A DNA stretch of 64,000 nt from Opitutia bacterium (lineage in GTDB: Bacteria > Verrucomicrobiota > Verrucomicrobiia > Opitutales > Opitutaceae), in contig CANJVR010000006.1 of the NCBI GenBank assembly GCA_947478395.1, positions 32,001 through 96,000 of the forward strand. The letters run 5' to 3'. A program made the position numbers and the translations under genes. Shown one piece after another: positions 1-10,770 of this stretch (position 1 is its first letter; each line of letters opens with the position of its first letter). Below the pieces are notes generated by a model. The model searched no databases. It had not been told where the DNA came from and was given only the letters and a program-made list of their open reading frames with translations.

Positions 1-436
1 GAATCGCCTGCCGAATGCGCGTGTAACTGTGACACCGACAAAAATTACCTGACATCGCGCCGTCGATATCGGCATCCGTGGGCTTGGGCGTCTCGGCCAG
101 CAACGCCGTCGCGCACAGGATTTGTCCGCCCTGACAATAACCGCACTGCGCCACGTCGAGTTTGCACCAGGCTTGTTGAACTGGCGTGAGTTTTCCGCCC
201 ACGGCGAGACCTTCAATCGTGGTGATTTTTGACGCGCTTACTTTTTTTAGGCCGAGGCGACAGGACTTTTCCGCCACGCCATCGACGAGCACGGTGCAGG
301 CGCCGCACTCACCGATGCCGCAGCCGTACTTGGTGCCCACCATCCCGAGCGTATCGCGCAAAATCCACAGTAGCGGAGTATCTTCGCTCACGTCCACGGT
401 GTGAACAGTTCCATTCACATTTAATTGAGTACTCAT
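1..436 (-). CDS. (2Fe-2S)-binding small subunit of a molybdo-oxidoreductase (IorA/CoxS-like); 3' end runs off the window
   Basis: Not in the ORF track. Manual translation gives MSTQLNVNGTVHTVDVSEDTPLLWILRDTLGMVGTKYGCGIGECGACTVLVDG...QCGYCQ...GNFCRCHSY, i.e. both 2Fe-2S Cys clusters. Confidence 0.9.
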   Translation of the reverse strand, partial: MSTQLNVNGTVHTVDVSEDTPLLWILRDTLGMVGTKYGCGIGECGACTVLVDGVAEKSCRLGLKKVSASKITTIEGLAVGGKLTPVQQAWCKLDVAQCGYCQGGQILCATALLAETPKPTDADIDGAMSGNFCRCHSYTRIRQAI

Positions 437-625
437 GGGGCAGACGCGGACCGCGTCGGTTTCAAATTTTCGGTCCAGCGCGATTTGTCAATGGTGCGGA
501 GCGCACTTCGCCTCCCTTTCGCATTCACGCCGGGCTTCGCGAACGCGCGGCCCAAAAAAGTAGTTTGTCGAAGGGCCGTTTGGGTCCAGCTTCCCGGCAG
601 TCTGTCTCCCCAACCCCCTCCACCT

Positions 626-1900
626 GTGAACTCGATCCTTCGTTCCGAATTTTCCCGGCAGGTAGCCCTGCGTCTGGCCGCGCCGCTTTTCATCGCCGGC
701 TTGCTGATCTCGTCCGGCTACGGCGCGACGGCCCCTGTCACGGCGCCCAAAGCAGCGGCCGTGGCCGGACTCAAATGGATCGACGCCTGGGGCGTGAGTT
801 TTCTGCCCACCACCGTCAACGGCCAGCTCCGGCCCGCCCTGAGCTTCGACCACCAAACCATCCGGCTTAACATTTTCTCCAAGCTGGCCGGCACGCAGGC
901 GCGAGTGAAATTCACCAACAAGTTTCAGACTGCTCCGCTCGTGATCGGCTCGGCTCACCTCGCGCTCCGCGCCGACGCTGGCACCATCGTCCCGGCCACG
1001 GATCGCGCGCTCACTTTCAGCGGGGCGAAATCCGCGACCCTCGCCGCGGGCGCCGAGTTGTGGAGCGACCCGGTCACCCTCGACGTGCCGCAACACGCCG
1101 AGGTGGCAGTCAGCATCTACTTGCCGGAGAATTTCAAACCCACCGCGTTTCACCTCACGGGCTCGAAAACAAATTACGTTTCAACCGCCGGAGATTTTAC
1201 GTCGGCGCCCACGATGCCCGTCGCGCCCGGCACCGGTCGGCCCAACGATTCGGTGTACTTCATCTCCGGCCTGCAAGTGATGGCCCCGGCCCGCACCAAG
1301 GTCATCGTGGCCATCGGCGATTCAATCACCGACGGCGCAGCTTCATCCCTCGACGGCAACGGCTCGTGGCCGGACGTGCTTTCGAAACGACTGCCCGCGC
1401 TGCCCGACGGCACCCCGGTCTCCGTGATCAACATGGGCATCGGCTCGAATCGCATCACCTCGGCCGATGCCGCGGGACCGACCGGCGTACACCGTTTCGC
1501 CGATGACGTGCTCGCGCGGTCAAACGTCACGCACGTCCTCGTACTCGAAGGCATCAACGACATCAGCTACGAGCACGTGAAGCCCGAGCAGCTCATCGCC
1601 GCGTACCAGGACGTCATCGCCCGCGCTCACGCCCAGGGCTGGAAAATCTTTGGCGGTACGTTGCTGCCCATTCAGAATTCCACGAAGGACACGCCGGAAA
1701 ACGAGGCCACGCGCCAGACGGTCAACCAGTGGATCCGCACGGCGAAGGCTTACGATGCCGTGCTCGATTTTGAAAAAGTGGTGCAGGACCCGGCCAACCC
1801 GCTTCGCATTCGCCGCGATCTCACCGGCGATTTCGTCCACCCGAACTCGACCGGTTACCGGCTGATGGCCGAATCGATCGATCTGAAACTGTTTGAGTGA
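626..1900 (+). CDS. Secreted SGNH/GDSL-family esterase
   Basis: GDSITDG, GIGSN, EGIND and DFVHPN blocks; signal-peptide-like N-terminus. GTG 626 start is inferred (ORF is open from 425). Confidence 0.85.
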   Translation: MNSILRSEFSRQVALRLAAPLFIAGLLISSGYGATAPVTAPKAAAVAGLKWIDAWGVSFLPTTVNGQLRPALSFDHQTIRLNIFSKLAGTQARVKFTNKFQTAPLVIGSAHLALRADAGTIVPATDRALTFSGAKSATLAAGAELWSDPVTLDVPQHAEVAVSIYLPENFKPTAFHLTGSKTNYVSTAGDFTSAPTMPVAPGTGRPNDSVYFISGLQVMAPARTKVIVAIGDSITDGAASSLDGNGSWPDVLSKRLPALPDGTPVSVINMGIGSNRITSADAAGPTGVHRFADDVLARSNVTHVLVLEGINDISYEHVKPEQLIAAYQDVIARAHAQGWKIFGGTLLPIQNSTKDTPENEATRQTVNQWIRTAKAYDAVLDFEKVVQDPANPLRIRRDLTGDFVHPNSTGYRLMAESIDLKLFE

Positions 1901-1963
1901 TCGTCCGCGAAGAAAAATCGAACCCGCCTCTCGCTCGGTGGTCCGCGCGGGCCGTGTGGGTGC

Positions 1964-2014
1964 GTAGGCCAGTCCGCTCGCGCACGCTCCGGCGCACGCA
2001 AGCGAGCTAACCTA
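1964..2014. repeat. GTAG-type REP-like imperfect palindrome
   Basis: GTAGG...GCTCGCG...CGCAAGCGAGC...CCTAC inverted arms in an intergenic gap. Confidence 0.45.
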
Positions 2015-2061
2015 CCTCACGGTCAACCGCACCATCCCGCTGAACCCACGCCCTCCCTCGA

Positions 2062-3072
2062 ATGCACTATCGCACACTCGGCCGCACCGGCCTCCGGGTC
2101 TCTGAAATCGGTTTCGGCGCATGGGCGATCGGCGGACAGCAAGCCGGCGCGCGCCGCTCCTACGGCCCAACCGATGACGCGACGTCGCTCGCTGCCCTCG
2201 AAGCCGCCGGGGAACTCGGCGGTAATTTCATCGACACCGCCGATGCCTACGGCGTCGGACACAGCGAGACGTTGATCGGGCAGTTTCTCAGGGGCCGGCG
2301 CGATCGCGTCATCGTCGCCACGAAGTTCGGCCATTTCCCCTTCAACGACGAACGCCGCCGTGTACCCACGCCGGAATCGATTCGTTTCTGTCTCGAGGAA
2401 AGCCTGCGTCGGCTGGGCACGGACTACGTCGATCTTTACCAGTGCCACGAATGTTCGCTCGAGACCGCGCGCTTGCACGGCGTGGCCGACACGCTCGCCC
2501 AGTTGAAGGCCGAGGGAAAAATCCGGCACGCGGGAATTTCTGTCTACGGCGCGACGCAAATCCGGCAGGTCGCGCGCGGCGAGTACGGAGCGGTGTTCGA
2601 AACGATTCAGGAAAGCTACAACGTCACGACCCTCGCGTTTCGAGCCGCGCTCCACGAAGCGGCCGCGGCGGGCCTCGGCATCATCGTGCGGGAACCCCTG
2701 GGCAACGGGCTGCTCACCGGCCGGTGGACCGGGCACGAGACTTGGAACGAGCAACACGCCCGCGGCATTCGCACGTCTGATCAAACGGCTATGCGCATTG
2801 AATTCGCGCGCCGCGTAGGCGCTTTTCTCCCCGCGTCCGGCCGCTCGCTGGTGCAGGCGCTGATTCGTTTCTCGCTGCAGGATATTCCGGCGTCCGTGGT
2901 GATTCCCGGCTGCAAGACGCCGAACCAAGTCGCGGAAAATTTTGGCGCCAGCGAAAGTCCCGCGCTCAGCGCCAGCGACTTGGCCGCAGTGCACCAGGTA
3001 CACACCGAGCTTCTCGCCAAATTCGGCCGTATCCACCCCTACGCCATGGACAGTGCGTTGGGACTGGGCTGA
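2062..3072 (+). CDS. Aldo/keto reductase
   Basis: LGRTGLRVSEIGFGAW, FIDTADAYG, ATKFG, SLRRLGTDYVDLYQCH. Confidence 0.93.
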   Translation: MHYRTLGRTGLRVSEIGFGAWAIGGQQAGARRSYGPTDDATSLAALEAAGELGGNFIDTADAYGVGHSETLIGQFLRGRRDRVIVATKFGHFPFNDERRRVPTPESIRFCLEESLRRLGTDYVDLYQCHECSLETARLHGVADTLAQLKAEGKIRHAGISVYGATQIRQVARGEYGAVFETIQESYNVTTLAFRAALHEAAAAGLGIIVREPLGNGLLTGRWTGHETWNEQHARGIRTSDQTAMRIEFARRVGAFLPASGRSLVQALIRFSLQDIPASVVIPGCKTPNQVAENFGASESPALSASDLAAVHQVHTELLAKFGRIHPYAMDSALGLG

Positions 3073-3183
3073 CGCGGCAGAGCATCCCCTTCGGGTTTAG
3101 AGGGCGGAATTTGGGATCGTCGGAAATGCCCTTGCTGGAGCCGGAATTTTAAAACGGTTTGATGTCTTCGGTGGCCGTTTTGG

Positions 3184-3253
3184 GTAGCGGCAGGCGTCCC
3201 TGCCTGCCGGCTTCGGCCGCCTTGTTTCGGCCGGCAGGGAGGCCTGCGGCTAC
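3184..3253. repeat. REP doublet, family A (GTAGCGGCAGGCGTCCCTGCCTGCC ... GGCAGGGAGGCCTGCGGCTAC)
   Basis: Inverted arms bounded by GTAG/CTAC; close copy at 24273-24340. Confidence 0.8.
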
Positions 3254-3343
3254 TTAACAGGCGGTGACGCTTCGCTGCGCTCGTCAGTGAAAAATCCGCC
3301 CGCTTCTTCGCGGCGCCTCATCTGGGTCGGCACCGCCGGAGCC

Positions 3344-3874
3344 TCACTTGGCGTACGCGCGGATGGTAACGCTTTTCAATTGCGCGGGCTCGCGGCCAAC
3401 GACGTTCAATTTGTGCTGGCCGGCCGTGAGCTTGAAAACTTTCGGCGAGAATTCACCGCTACCGGACTCGCCAATGCCGCGCCAGTTCACGACCCGCTCC
3501 TCAAAACCTTGGGTAACTTCCAAGTCACAAATCATCAGCGGGTCTTCGGGCAGCGCGTCGATGTTGAGGAAAAAGGAATTCGAATCTTCGTCCGGCGCGT
3601 TGACGATGGCGTGAATCACGTAATCCCCATCCTTGGGCACGGTGAACGTGAAAATTGCTTTTCCGCCCTCCGCGACCTCGGTCTGCGCCGGCTGGGAGAT
3701 CGCACCGTCTTTTAGCACGAAAGGCGCGCTCACCACGGCGGTCGTCACCGCGAGAACCGGTTCCACCGTCGCAGTTTTTGTCGCCGCCGGCGCCGCGGTT
3801 TGCGGGGTCGGGTCGGCGGCGAACATCGGAATGGCCAGAGCTAAAGTCACCAACACAAGGGGGAGTGTTTTCAT
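3344..3874 (-). CDS. Secreted protein, probable galactose-binding-like/CBM-type beta-sandwich
   Basis: Signal peptide, A/T/P linker, FTFTVPKDGDYVI, DSNSFF and LTAGQHKL patterns; fold assignment is inference. Confidence 0.65.
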   Translation of the reverse strand: MKTLPLVLVTLALAIPMFAADPTPQTAAPAATKTATVEPVLAVTTAVVSAPFVLKDGAISQPAQTEVAEGGKAIFTFTVPKDGDYVIHAIVNAPDEDSNSFFLNIDALPEDPLMICDLEVTQGFEERVVNWRGIGESGSGEFSPKVFKLTAGQHKLNVVGREPAQLKSVTIRAYAK

Positions 3875-3958
3875 GGGGTGAATCTGACTAGCGCCGACCG
3901 ATGATTCATCAAATCAAATAGCAGCGGGCCTTTCGCCGCGCCCCCCCTCCGGGTCAGC

Positions 3959-5263
3959 CTACGGTTTCGCCGCCTTGGCGACTTCGACCGCGAAAGCGTA
4001 ATCCGGACCGAACATATTCGAACGAAAAACGATGAACTTCTGATCGGGCGTGAAGCTGGGATTCGGTTCCAGCCGATAGTTGTGCTTCGCCATATTTACG
4101 AGTTTCTCTGACTCGAGATAGCCGCCCTTGATCAAACCTTCGCCCAAGGTTTTCCCGGCCACCCGCACGGGATGAAACAGGAAAATCCACGGCGATTGGT
4201 TGTCACCGTCGCCGCAGAAAAGTTTTCCATCGGGCGATGAGTTGTCGTGAATGGACGACTGGTCCGGTCCGTAGGAATACCAGGTCCGCTCGCCGGTCTC
4301 GACTTGGTAACTGGCAATGAACGACGTTTTTCCGCCGCGGGGAAAATGCAATTGATAGAACACGGTCTTGCCGTCTCCGCCCCACCACTCATGGCCCGCG
4401 ATTTCCATTTCCATGATGCGCCGATGCACCAGCTGATTGTGACTGCCGTCGGTCCGAATGGTCCAGATCCGCTCGACCTGCTGCCACTGACCTTCGTGAC
4501 AATACATCAAGAGCGAGGGATCGATCGTGGAAAATTGCAGATGATTTAACCAATCGGTGCTGTGCTCCAGCAGCGGTTTCACCTGCCCGCTCTTCAGGTC
4601 GATCGTGAACATCGTCATGGGCAATTTGGCGGCAAGGCGGCGCGCCATGAGTTGTCCTTTGTTTTCCGGCTCGCCGAGATTGGTCGCCGACATCCGCGAG
4701 GGCGTTTGTGCCGGCGTGCCATCGTACGCTCCACCGGCGTTCGCATCGCCTTCGATGAACGTACCGGCCGCGAGCGTTTCGTCGGCGTTGATCGTCGCGA
4801 CACTCGCCCGACGCGGCAGATCGGCGAGCTTCCGGTTTTCGCCCGTCTCAAGGTTGGCGCACCACAGCGTGGAAAAATAAGGATCCGCGGTGGCCTTGGT
4901 GTAGTAGACCGTCGGCGATTTGTGCGCGACGATGATGGCTTTGACCGTGCCGGAAACAATCTTGCTGGCCTCCAGCGTGGTCAGGTTGAGCACCGAAATG
5001 CCGTCCGGGGTCGTGTAGGCCATCGACTTTCCATCGGGCGTGTACCCGTTGAAGTTGAAATAAAAACTATCCGACCCCGGCTCGCGCGTCAGTCGGATCA
5101 CGCGGTGTCCGGTGTCCGGATCAATCCACGAAAGCGGTGGTTCGCCTGACGGTAGCGACGGTGGCACCGGCGCAGCCGCGGCCAGAATACTTGGAACGGA
5201 AGGGCCGAGCACGGCGCAAAATAACGCGCCGAGGATAACGAGGCGGGAGCGGGTAATGAACAT
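3959..5263 (-). CDS. ogl: Oligogalacturonate lyase family protein (PL22) with signal peptide
   Basis: DPDTGHRVIRLT, WLNHLQFS, YCHEG, HEWW and HPNPSF-like LEPNPSFTPD motifs. Confidence 0.85.
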   Translation of the reverse strand: MFITRSRLVILGALFCAVLGPSVPSILAAAAPVPPSLPSGEPPLSWIDPDTGHRVIRLTREPGSDSFYFNFNGYTPDGKSMAYTTPDGISVLNLTTLEASKIVSGTVKAIIVAHKSPTVYYTKATADPYFSTLWCANLETGENRKLADLPRRASVATINADETLAAGTFIEGDANAGGAYDGTPAQTPSRMSATNLGEPENKGQLMARRLAAKLPMTMFTIDLKSGQVKPLLEHSTDWLNHLQFSTIDPSLLMYCHEGQWQQVERIWTIRTDGSHNQLVHRRIMEMEIAGHEWWGGDGKTVFYQLHFPRGGKTSFIASYQVETGERTWYSYGPDQSSIHDNSSPDGKLFCGDGDNQSPWIFLFHPVRVAGKTLGEGLIKGGYLESEKLVNMAKHNYRLEPNPSFTPDQKFIVFRSNMFGPDYAFAVEVAKAAKP

Positions 5264-5632
5264 GGGATGGGTTGAGGGGATAAGGTGGAAGCGTGTTACC
5301 CGCGCCTGCCCTGGCAATTCGCGGTCATCCAGACAGTCGTATTAAAACTTGGGCCCGCGAATCGTGCTGATCGGCGCGCACTCGCTGGCAACGTAGAACC
5401 ATGCCAACGGGCGCAGATCCAAGGTTCCGATCAGCCCAAAGCTCAGCCCGAGGCCGTTCTGAAAACGCCGCCTACCGAGCCCGCCCACAATCAACCCGCT
5501 CGTCGATATCGGTGGCGCAAAGGAATTGGAGCTCGGTGACATGAGGCGGAATCATTAAATTAATCGTCGTCCGGCATCCGTTTCACTTCGATCGCGGCTG
5601 ATCCCCTTCCCTCTGATTATTTTTTATTCCCC

Positions 5633-6400
5633 ATGAATTCCCGTCGTATCAGGAAACAAGCGCTCGGTAGTTTCGCGTTTAGCGCCCTGTTCGCGCTCGG
5701 CTGCGGATGGACCCACGCAGCGGAATCTTTGGCTCCCTCGCCTTATGCGACCGGACCGCGGACGCGCGACGGCCTCGGCCAATATTACTTTGGCCGCGAG
5801 ATTGCCTCCTACATGACTCATCAAGGCGCACCGTGGCTCGACCGGCCGGAACGCGACGACGAGGAACGTCCCGATCTCGTGCTCGCGGCGCTGAAGCTCG
5901 AGCCCGGCCAGATCGCGGCCGATATCGGCGCTGGCACCGGCTATTTTAGCTGGCGGCTCGCCAAGGCTGTCGGGCCCAGCGGGCGCGTTTACGGCGAGGA
6001 GATTCAGCCCGAGATGCTGGCCCTGCTTGCAGCCAGTATGAAGGAGCACAAGGTCAACAATGTGATCGGGGTGCTCGGCACGATCGATGACCCCAAATTG
6101 CCCGAACCGGTCGATCTCGTGATCATGGTGGATGTCTATCACGAGATCAGCCAGCCCGCCGAAATGATGGCTGCGATTTGCCGTCAGTTGAAGCCCGGCG
6201 GACGCGTCGCCTTCGTCGAATACCGCGGTGAGGATCCAGCGGTGCCGATCAAGCCGTTGCACAAAATGACCGAGGCCCAGGTGAAAAAGGAAATGAGCGC
6301 CCTACCCTTGGAGTACGTCACGACGATCCGCACGTTGCCCCGGCAGCATCTGATTATCTTCCGCAAAATGGCCCCGCCCGCTGCGCCGGCCGGAAAATAG
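5633..6400 (+). CDS. Class I SAM-dependent methyltransferase with signal-like N-terminus
   Basis: ADIGAGTGYF motif I; VDVYHE; VEYRGEDP. Confidence 0.88.
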   Translation: MNSRRIRKQALGSFAFSALFALGCGWTHAAESLAPSPYATGPRTRDGLGQYYFGREIASYMTHQGAPWLDRPERDDEERPDLVLAALKLEPGQIAADIGAGTGYFSWRLAKAVGPSGRVYGEEIQPEMLALLAASMKEHKVNNVIGVLGTIDDPKLPEPVDLVIMVDVYHEISQPAEMMAAICRQLKPGGRVAFVEYRGEDPAVPIKPLHKMTEAQVKKEMSALPLEYVTTIRTLPRQHLIIFRKMAPPAAPAGK

Positions 6401-6510
6401 GCAGGAGAATTCCTTCGGACCTATTTTGCCTTACACGTTGCCCGCCGGTCAGCGCGCGGACCTCTACACAGGCCAATCACCCCAAGCTAGGTCGACCGAC
6501 TTTTAGCGGC

Positions 6511-9096
6511 CTAGCCCACAATTGCGGGCGGGACATTCTCGTTGCCGTCCGTCGAGCTGCCCTGCAGGGGGCGCACCGCCACGAGCTTTACCACGGCGCG
6601 GTGCTCGCTCCGCGACTCCGCCAGCGGCACCGCAAACACCGCCTCCCAATCGTTCAGGCCTTCCGCATCGACGAGCATCTGCGCAACTTCCATTTCCCTT
6701 CCGCCGCCCTCCGCGTCCACGCGGGAAACCGCCGTCGCGAAATGCGTGTGCTTCGCCGCCCGTCCCTCGGGATCGAGCCGGAACCGGCCGCGCTCGCGGA
6801 AATAATCCTCGAACGCCCCGGCCGCGTTTCCGCCCTCCATTTCTTCGCCCGAAAGCGCCGCTTGCAGCCGGGAAAAAATCTCCGCCCGCACCAAGCGTCG
6901 AAACGCCACGGCATCGCGCGTCACGTCGTAACTAGCCGGGCGCGCCGGTTTGTCCGGCGACGCCTCCGCGGCGATCCACTCCGGATTTTTCAAACGCTCC
7001 CATTCCTCCAGCAGACTCGCATCGACACCGCGAATGAGCTCCCGGAAATAAATTTCCATCTCGGCCACCTCCTCGGTCTTCGCGCTGTCCGGCACCGTTT
7101 GCGCGAGGACCTTCCAGACCTGCGACAAGTGCCGCAGGAGCAGGCCTTCCATCCGCTCCAAGCCATATTCGCGAATGTAATCGGCAAACGACAAATAGCG
7201 TTCGAACATTTCGCGCGCGATCGACTTCGGCCGCACGTTTTCCCCTTCCACCCACGGATGCGCCGCCGCGAACGCATTGAACGTGTCGTACAAAAATTCC
7301 CGCAACGGCTTGACGTGCTCCACCTCCTCCAGCTTCGCGATGCGTTCGTCGTATTCGACCCCTGCCGCTTTCATCTCCGCCATCTTCTCGGTTTTCAACC
7401 GGTCCACCTGCCGCCGCAAAATCGCCTCCGGGTCTTCGACGATCGCCTCGCACAACGTCAGCACGTCGAACGGATAGTCGGGCGACTCGCGCGGCAGCAA
7501 AGGCAGCGTGTCGAGCAGGTAAAGCGACAGCGTCTGGTGCAGCGAAAAATCGTCCTGCAACTCCACGTTCACCCGCAATTTTCGTCCGCCGACGCTGCGC
7601 TCCGCCCGCGGCATGATCGACACGATCTTCCGGTCGACCAGCGCCCGAAACAACTGCCACGCCCGTTTGCGCAGCGCCGCTTTGCGCACCGGCGGTTCAT
7701 GATTCTCGGCAATCAATCGCTGCATCGCCCGGCAGCCGTCGCCGTCCCGGCCCAGCATCAACAACATCATGCCGTGCGAAACGGTGAATCGGGAACTCAA
7801 CGCCTCCGACGGCGCCGTCTGCAGCCGCTCAAATGTTTTCGCGTCCCAGCCGACCGCGCCCTCGGGCGCCCGGGCTTTCACGAGCTTCTTCGCCTTGCCG
7901 GGATTGCCGGCGGCCTTTTCCTCGGCGCGCTTGTTTTCGATCACGTGTTCGGGCGCCTGCGCGAGGACGTAGCCGCGGTCGTCGAATCCCTTGCGACCAG
8001 CGCGACCGGCGATCTGCCTGAAATCCCGCACCGCAAGCACCGCCGCTTTCTTACCGTCGTATTTCCATAACTGCGTAAACACCACGGTGCGAATCGGCAC
8101 GTTGATGCCGACGCCAAGCGTGTCCGTGCCGCAGATGAGTTTCAGCAGCCCTTTTTGTGCAAGCTGTTCGACGAGAATTTTATATTTTGGGAGCAATCCC
8201 GCGTGGTGCACGCCAATGCCGTGCCGCAGCCAGCGCTTCACCTCTTTGCCATACGGGCTGTTGAATTTCACGCGCTCCAATTCCGTCGCGAGCACCGCCT
8301 TCTCCTCTCGCGTGCAAACATCGAGACTCATCAAAGCCTGCGCCGCCTCCGCCGCATCGCGCTGGGTGAAATGCACGAGGTAAACGGGCGCGCGCTTGGC
8401 CGTCAGCAGATGAGCCACTTGCTCGGCCAGCGGCGTCTCCGAATACTCGAAACTGAGTGGTACCGGTCTGATCTCGCTGCGCACCGTGACGCTGGGCGCG
8501 CCCGTGACGCGGGTCAGATCGCGCTCGAAAAAATCTGTGGAGCCCAAGGTCGCCGACATCAGCAAAAACCGAGCGCCGGGCAGCGTGAGGAGCGGCACCT
8601 GCCACGCCGTGCCGCGTTCCGCGTCCGAGTAATAATGAAATTCGTCCATGATGACCGCCTTCACGGCGGCCGCGCGCGGCCCACCCGCGAGCGCAATGTT
8701 CGCCAGAATCTCCGCGGTGCAGCACAACACCGGCGCGTCGAGATTTACGCTGGCATCGCCCGTCATCATCCCGACGTTCTCCGGACCAAAATCGCGGCAG
8801 AGCGCCAGAAACTTTTCGTTCACCAGCGCTTTGATCGGACACGTGTAGACAGAGCGCTCACGAGCGCACAGCGCCTTAAAGTGAAGGGCGGCGGCCACGA
8901 GGGACTTCCCGGAGCCGGTGGGCGTGGCGAGAACTACGTTTTTACCGGCGAAGAGTTCGAGGATCGCCTCCTCCTGTTCTGAATAAAGCGCGAGCCCTTT
9001 CTCCGCCGCGACCGCGAGAAACCGATCGAGCACGGCATCGACCGAAGGCGTACCCGCCAAAGGCGCGAGCGGAGCGGAAGGCAAAATCATTCCCAT
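6511..9096 (-). CDS. Ski2-like SF2 DExH helicase (DUF3516-type)
   Basis: [41 protein letters not shown]; start 9096 or 9090. Confidence 0.9.
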   Translation of the reverse strand: MGMILPSAPLAPLAGTPSVDAVLDRFLAVAAEKGLALYSEQEEAILELFAGKNVVLATPTGSGKSLVAAALHFKALCARERSVYTCPIKALVNEKFLALCRDFGPENVGMMTGDASVNLDAPVLCCTAEILANIALAGGPRAAAVKAVIMDEFHYYSDAERGTAWQVPLLTLPGARFLLMSATLGSTDFFERDLTRVTGAPSVTVRSEIRPVPLSFEYSETPLAEQVAHLLTAKRAPVYLVHFTQRDAAEAAQALMSLDVCTREEKAVLATELERVKFNSPYGKEVKRWLRHGIGVHHAGLLPKYKILVEQLAQKGLLKLICGTDTLGVGINVPIRTVVFTQLWKYDGKKAAVLAVRDFRQIAGRAGRKGFDDRGYVLAQAPEHVIENKRAEEKAAGNPGKAKKLVKARAPEGAVGWDAKTFERLQTAPSEALSSRFTVSHGMMLLMLGRDGDGCRAMQRLIAENHEPPVRKAALRKRAWQLFRALVDRKIVSIMPRAERSVGGRKLRVNVELQDDFSLHQTLSLYLLDTLPLLPRESPDYPFDVLTLCEAIVEDPEAILRRQVDRLKTEKMAEMKAAGVEYDERIAKLEEVEHVKPLREFLYDTFNAFAAAHPWVEGENVRPKSIAREMFERYLSFADYIREYGLERMEGLLLRHLSQVWKVLAQTVPDSAKTEEVAEMEIYFRELIRGVDASLLEEWERLKNPEWIAAEASPDKPARPASYDVTRDAVAFRRLVRAEIFSRLQAALSGEEMEGGNAAGAFEDYFRERGRFRLDPEGRAAKHTHFATAVSRVDAEGGGREMEVAQMLVDAEGLNDWEAVFAVPLAESRSEHRAVVKLVAVRPLQGSSTDGNENVPPAIVG

Positions 9097-9210
9097 CACA
9101 ACGCCGGGTCGGACGCCGCGACACAAGAAAACCCGTTTGAATATCGGACCGAAAACGCACTTCCGCCGCTGCGACTCGGTTCGAAGCGAGAGCGCCGTGG
9201 GTCCGCGCGC

Positions 9211-9672
9211 TCAGGGCTTCGCGCCCAACGCCGCCTCACGTAGCGCTTGAGTCAACTGCTCGTAAAACGAATCGTAGAGACCATGCTTGGCGATCGTCTT
9301 TTCCGTCGCGCCGGCTTTGAAGTCGCCTTCCAAAAGTTCACTCAAGCGCAGGCCGACCTCGGTATGGCCGTCGTCGATCGCGCGCAGATGGACCTCGATC
9401 AAAAACTGGCGGGACGAGCCAAACTTGGCGGTGTCGCGCTGACCGCTGCGCGCATTCACGATACCCTGCGCCAGCGCGCTGCGCGTAACCATGAAATCCA
9501 TGCGCTTAAGCGCTTTTTGCGCCGCCGCGTAGACCGTGGCATGGCTGGCGGCAAATGGCCGGCTCTGCAGCGGCGCCGGGTCGAAACGCTCCATCACGCG
9601 ATCGGAAATCGACTCACAGCCCGTGAAGGCGAGCAAAAGACCGAGCAGACAAAGCAGGCGATAGAATTTCAT
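9211..9672 (-). CDS. Hypothetical lipoprotein
   Basis: MKFYRLLCLLGLLLAFTG-C lipobox; ATGA overlap with the aguA stop. Confidence 0.8.
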   Translation of the reverse strand: MKFYRLLCLLGLLLAFTGCESISDRVMERFDPAPLQSRPFAASHATVYAAAQKALKRMDFMVTRSALAQGIVNARSGQRDTAKFGSSRQFLIEVHLRAIDDGHTEVGLRLSELLEGDFKAGATEKTIAKHGLYDSFYEQLTQALREAALGAKP

Positions 9673-10751
9673 TGGGGCTGCTGTTGGGAAATGCAGTGGA
9701 GAGTGCCAAGTCCCCATACGAGTTCCAGGCAATCGATCGGAATGATCGCCCGACCAGGAAAACAACCAGCCAAAATCTCCGCCGCTTCCGCGTCGCGCTT
9801 AGGCTGGCGGAAAGCGGGCATCAGGACCGCTCCGTTGATGATCAGGAAATTCGCGTAGCTCGCCGGTAACTGCTGGCCATCGCAAAACGCCGGCTTGGGC
9901 ATGGGGAGTTCGACGATCTTAAATTTCTTCCCGGCGGGCGTACGCAGACTTTTTAAACGATCGAGATTCTCCTGCAGGATCGGATGATTCTTATCGCGTT
10001 TATTGTTCTCCATCACGGTCACGATTCCGTTCACGGAAAAAAACCGCGTCATGTCATCGATGTGGCCATCGGTGTCGTCGCCGATGATCCCGTCACCCAA
10101 CCAAAGGACCTGCGAGACGCCGAGGTAGTCGTGCAAGGCCCGCTCGATCTCGGCCTTCGTCATCCGGGGATTCCGATTTTTGTTCAGCAAACAGGACTCG
10201 GTCGTGAGCAGCGAACCGGCGCCATTTACATCGAGCGAGCCACCTTCCATGACCATCTTTTTTTCAAACCGGCGGAGTCCGAGCTCCGCCGCGATTTTCG
10301 GCGGGATGGTATTGTCCAAATCGTACGGCGGATATTTGCCGCCCCACGCGTTGTGTTCCCAATCCGTGACCGCGACTTCGCCGGTGCGATCATTCTTCAC
10401 GAAGATCGGACCGTGGTCACGACACCAGGCATCGTTCGTTGGATGGTCGTATAAGGTGACCTTTGAGAGATCGGCCTTTGCCTTGGCGATGAGCGACCAC
10501 GCGCGCTTCTGGAGCGGCTCGGCGATATTGATTCGCACCTCCTCGAAACGACTGATCGTCGCAACGATCTCGGCAAACTTGGCCGGGATGGGGCGAAAAT
10601 GGCCGGGCCAGGTTTTCAGGTTGTGCGGCCACGAAAGCCAAACGGCGACCTGCGGCTCCCACTCGGCGGGCATGCGAAAACCCAACGACGCAGGCGTTGG
10701 GCTTTCGCGGTTTCGAGTTTCGGGTTTTGAGTTTTGAGTTGGGCGAGCCAC
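9669..10751 (-). CDS. aguA: Agmatine deiminase
   Basis: RMPAEWE, DAWCRDHGP, EGGS, DTDGHID, GTLHCISQQ; adjacent to aguB. Confidence 0.93.
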   Translation of the reverse strand: MARPTQNSKPETRNRESPTPASLGFRMPAEWEPQVAVWLSWPHNLKTWPGHFRPIPAKFAEIVATISRFEEVRINIAEPLQKRAWSLIAKAKADLSKVTLYDHPTNDAWCRDHGPIFVKNDRTGEVAVTDWEHNAWGGKYPPYDLDNTIPPKIAAELGLRRFEKKMVMEGGSLDVNGAGSLLTTESCLLNKNRNPRMTKAEIERALHDYLGVSQVLWLGDGIIGDDTDGHIDDMTRFFSVNGIVTVMENNKRDKNHPILQENLDRLKSLRTPAGKKFKIVELPMPKPAFCDGQQLPASYANFLIINGAVLMPAFRQPKRDAEAAEILAGCFPGRAIIPIDCLELVWGLGTLHCISQQQPQ

Positions 10752-10770
10752 GGGAAATTAAGTTTCTTCC

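Noticed and set aside
5342..5542. 66-aa minus-strand ORF upstream of ogl
   Set aside because: No motif, atypical codon usage, and it lies in a divergent promoter region.
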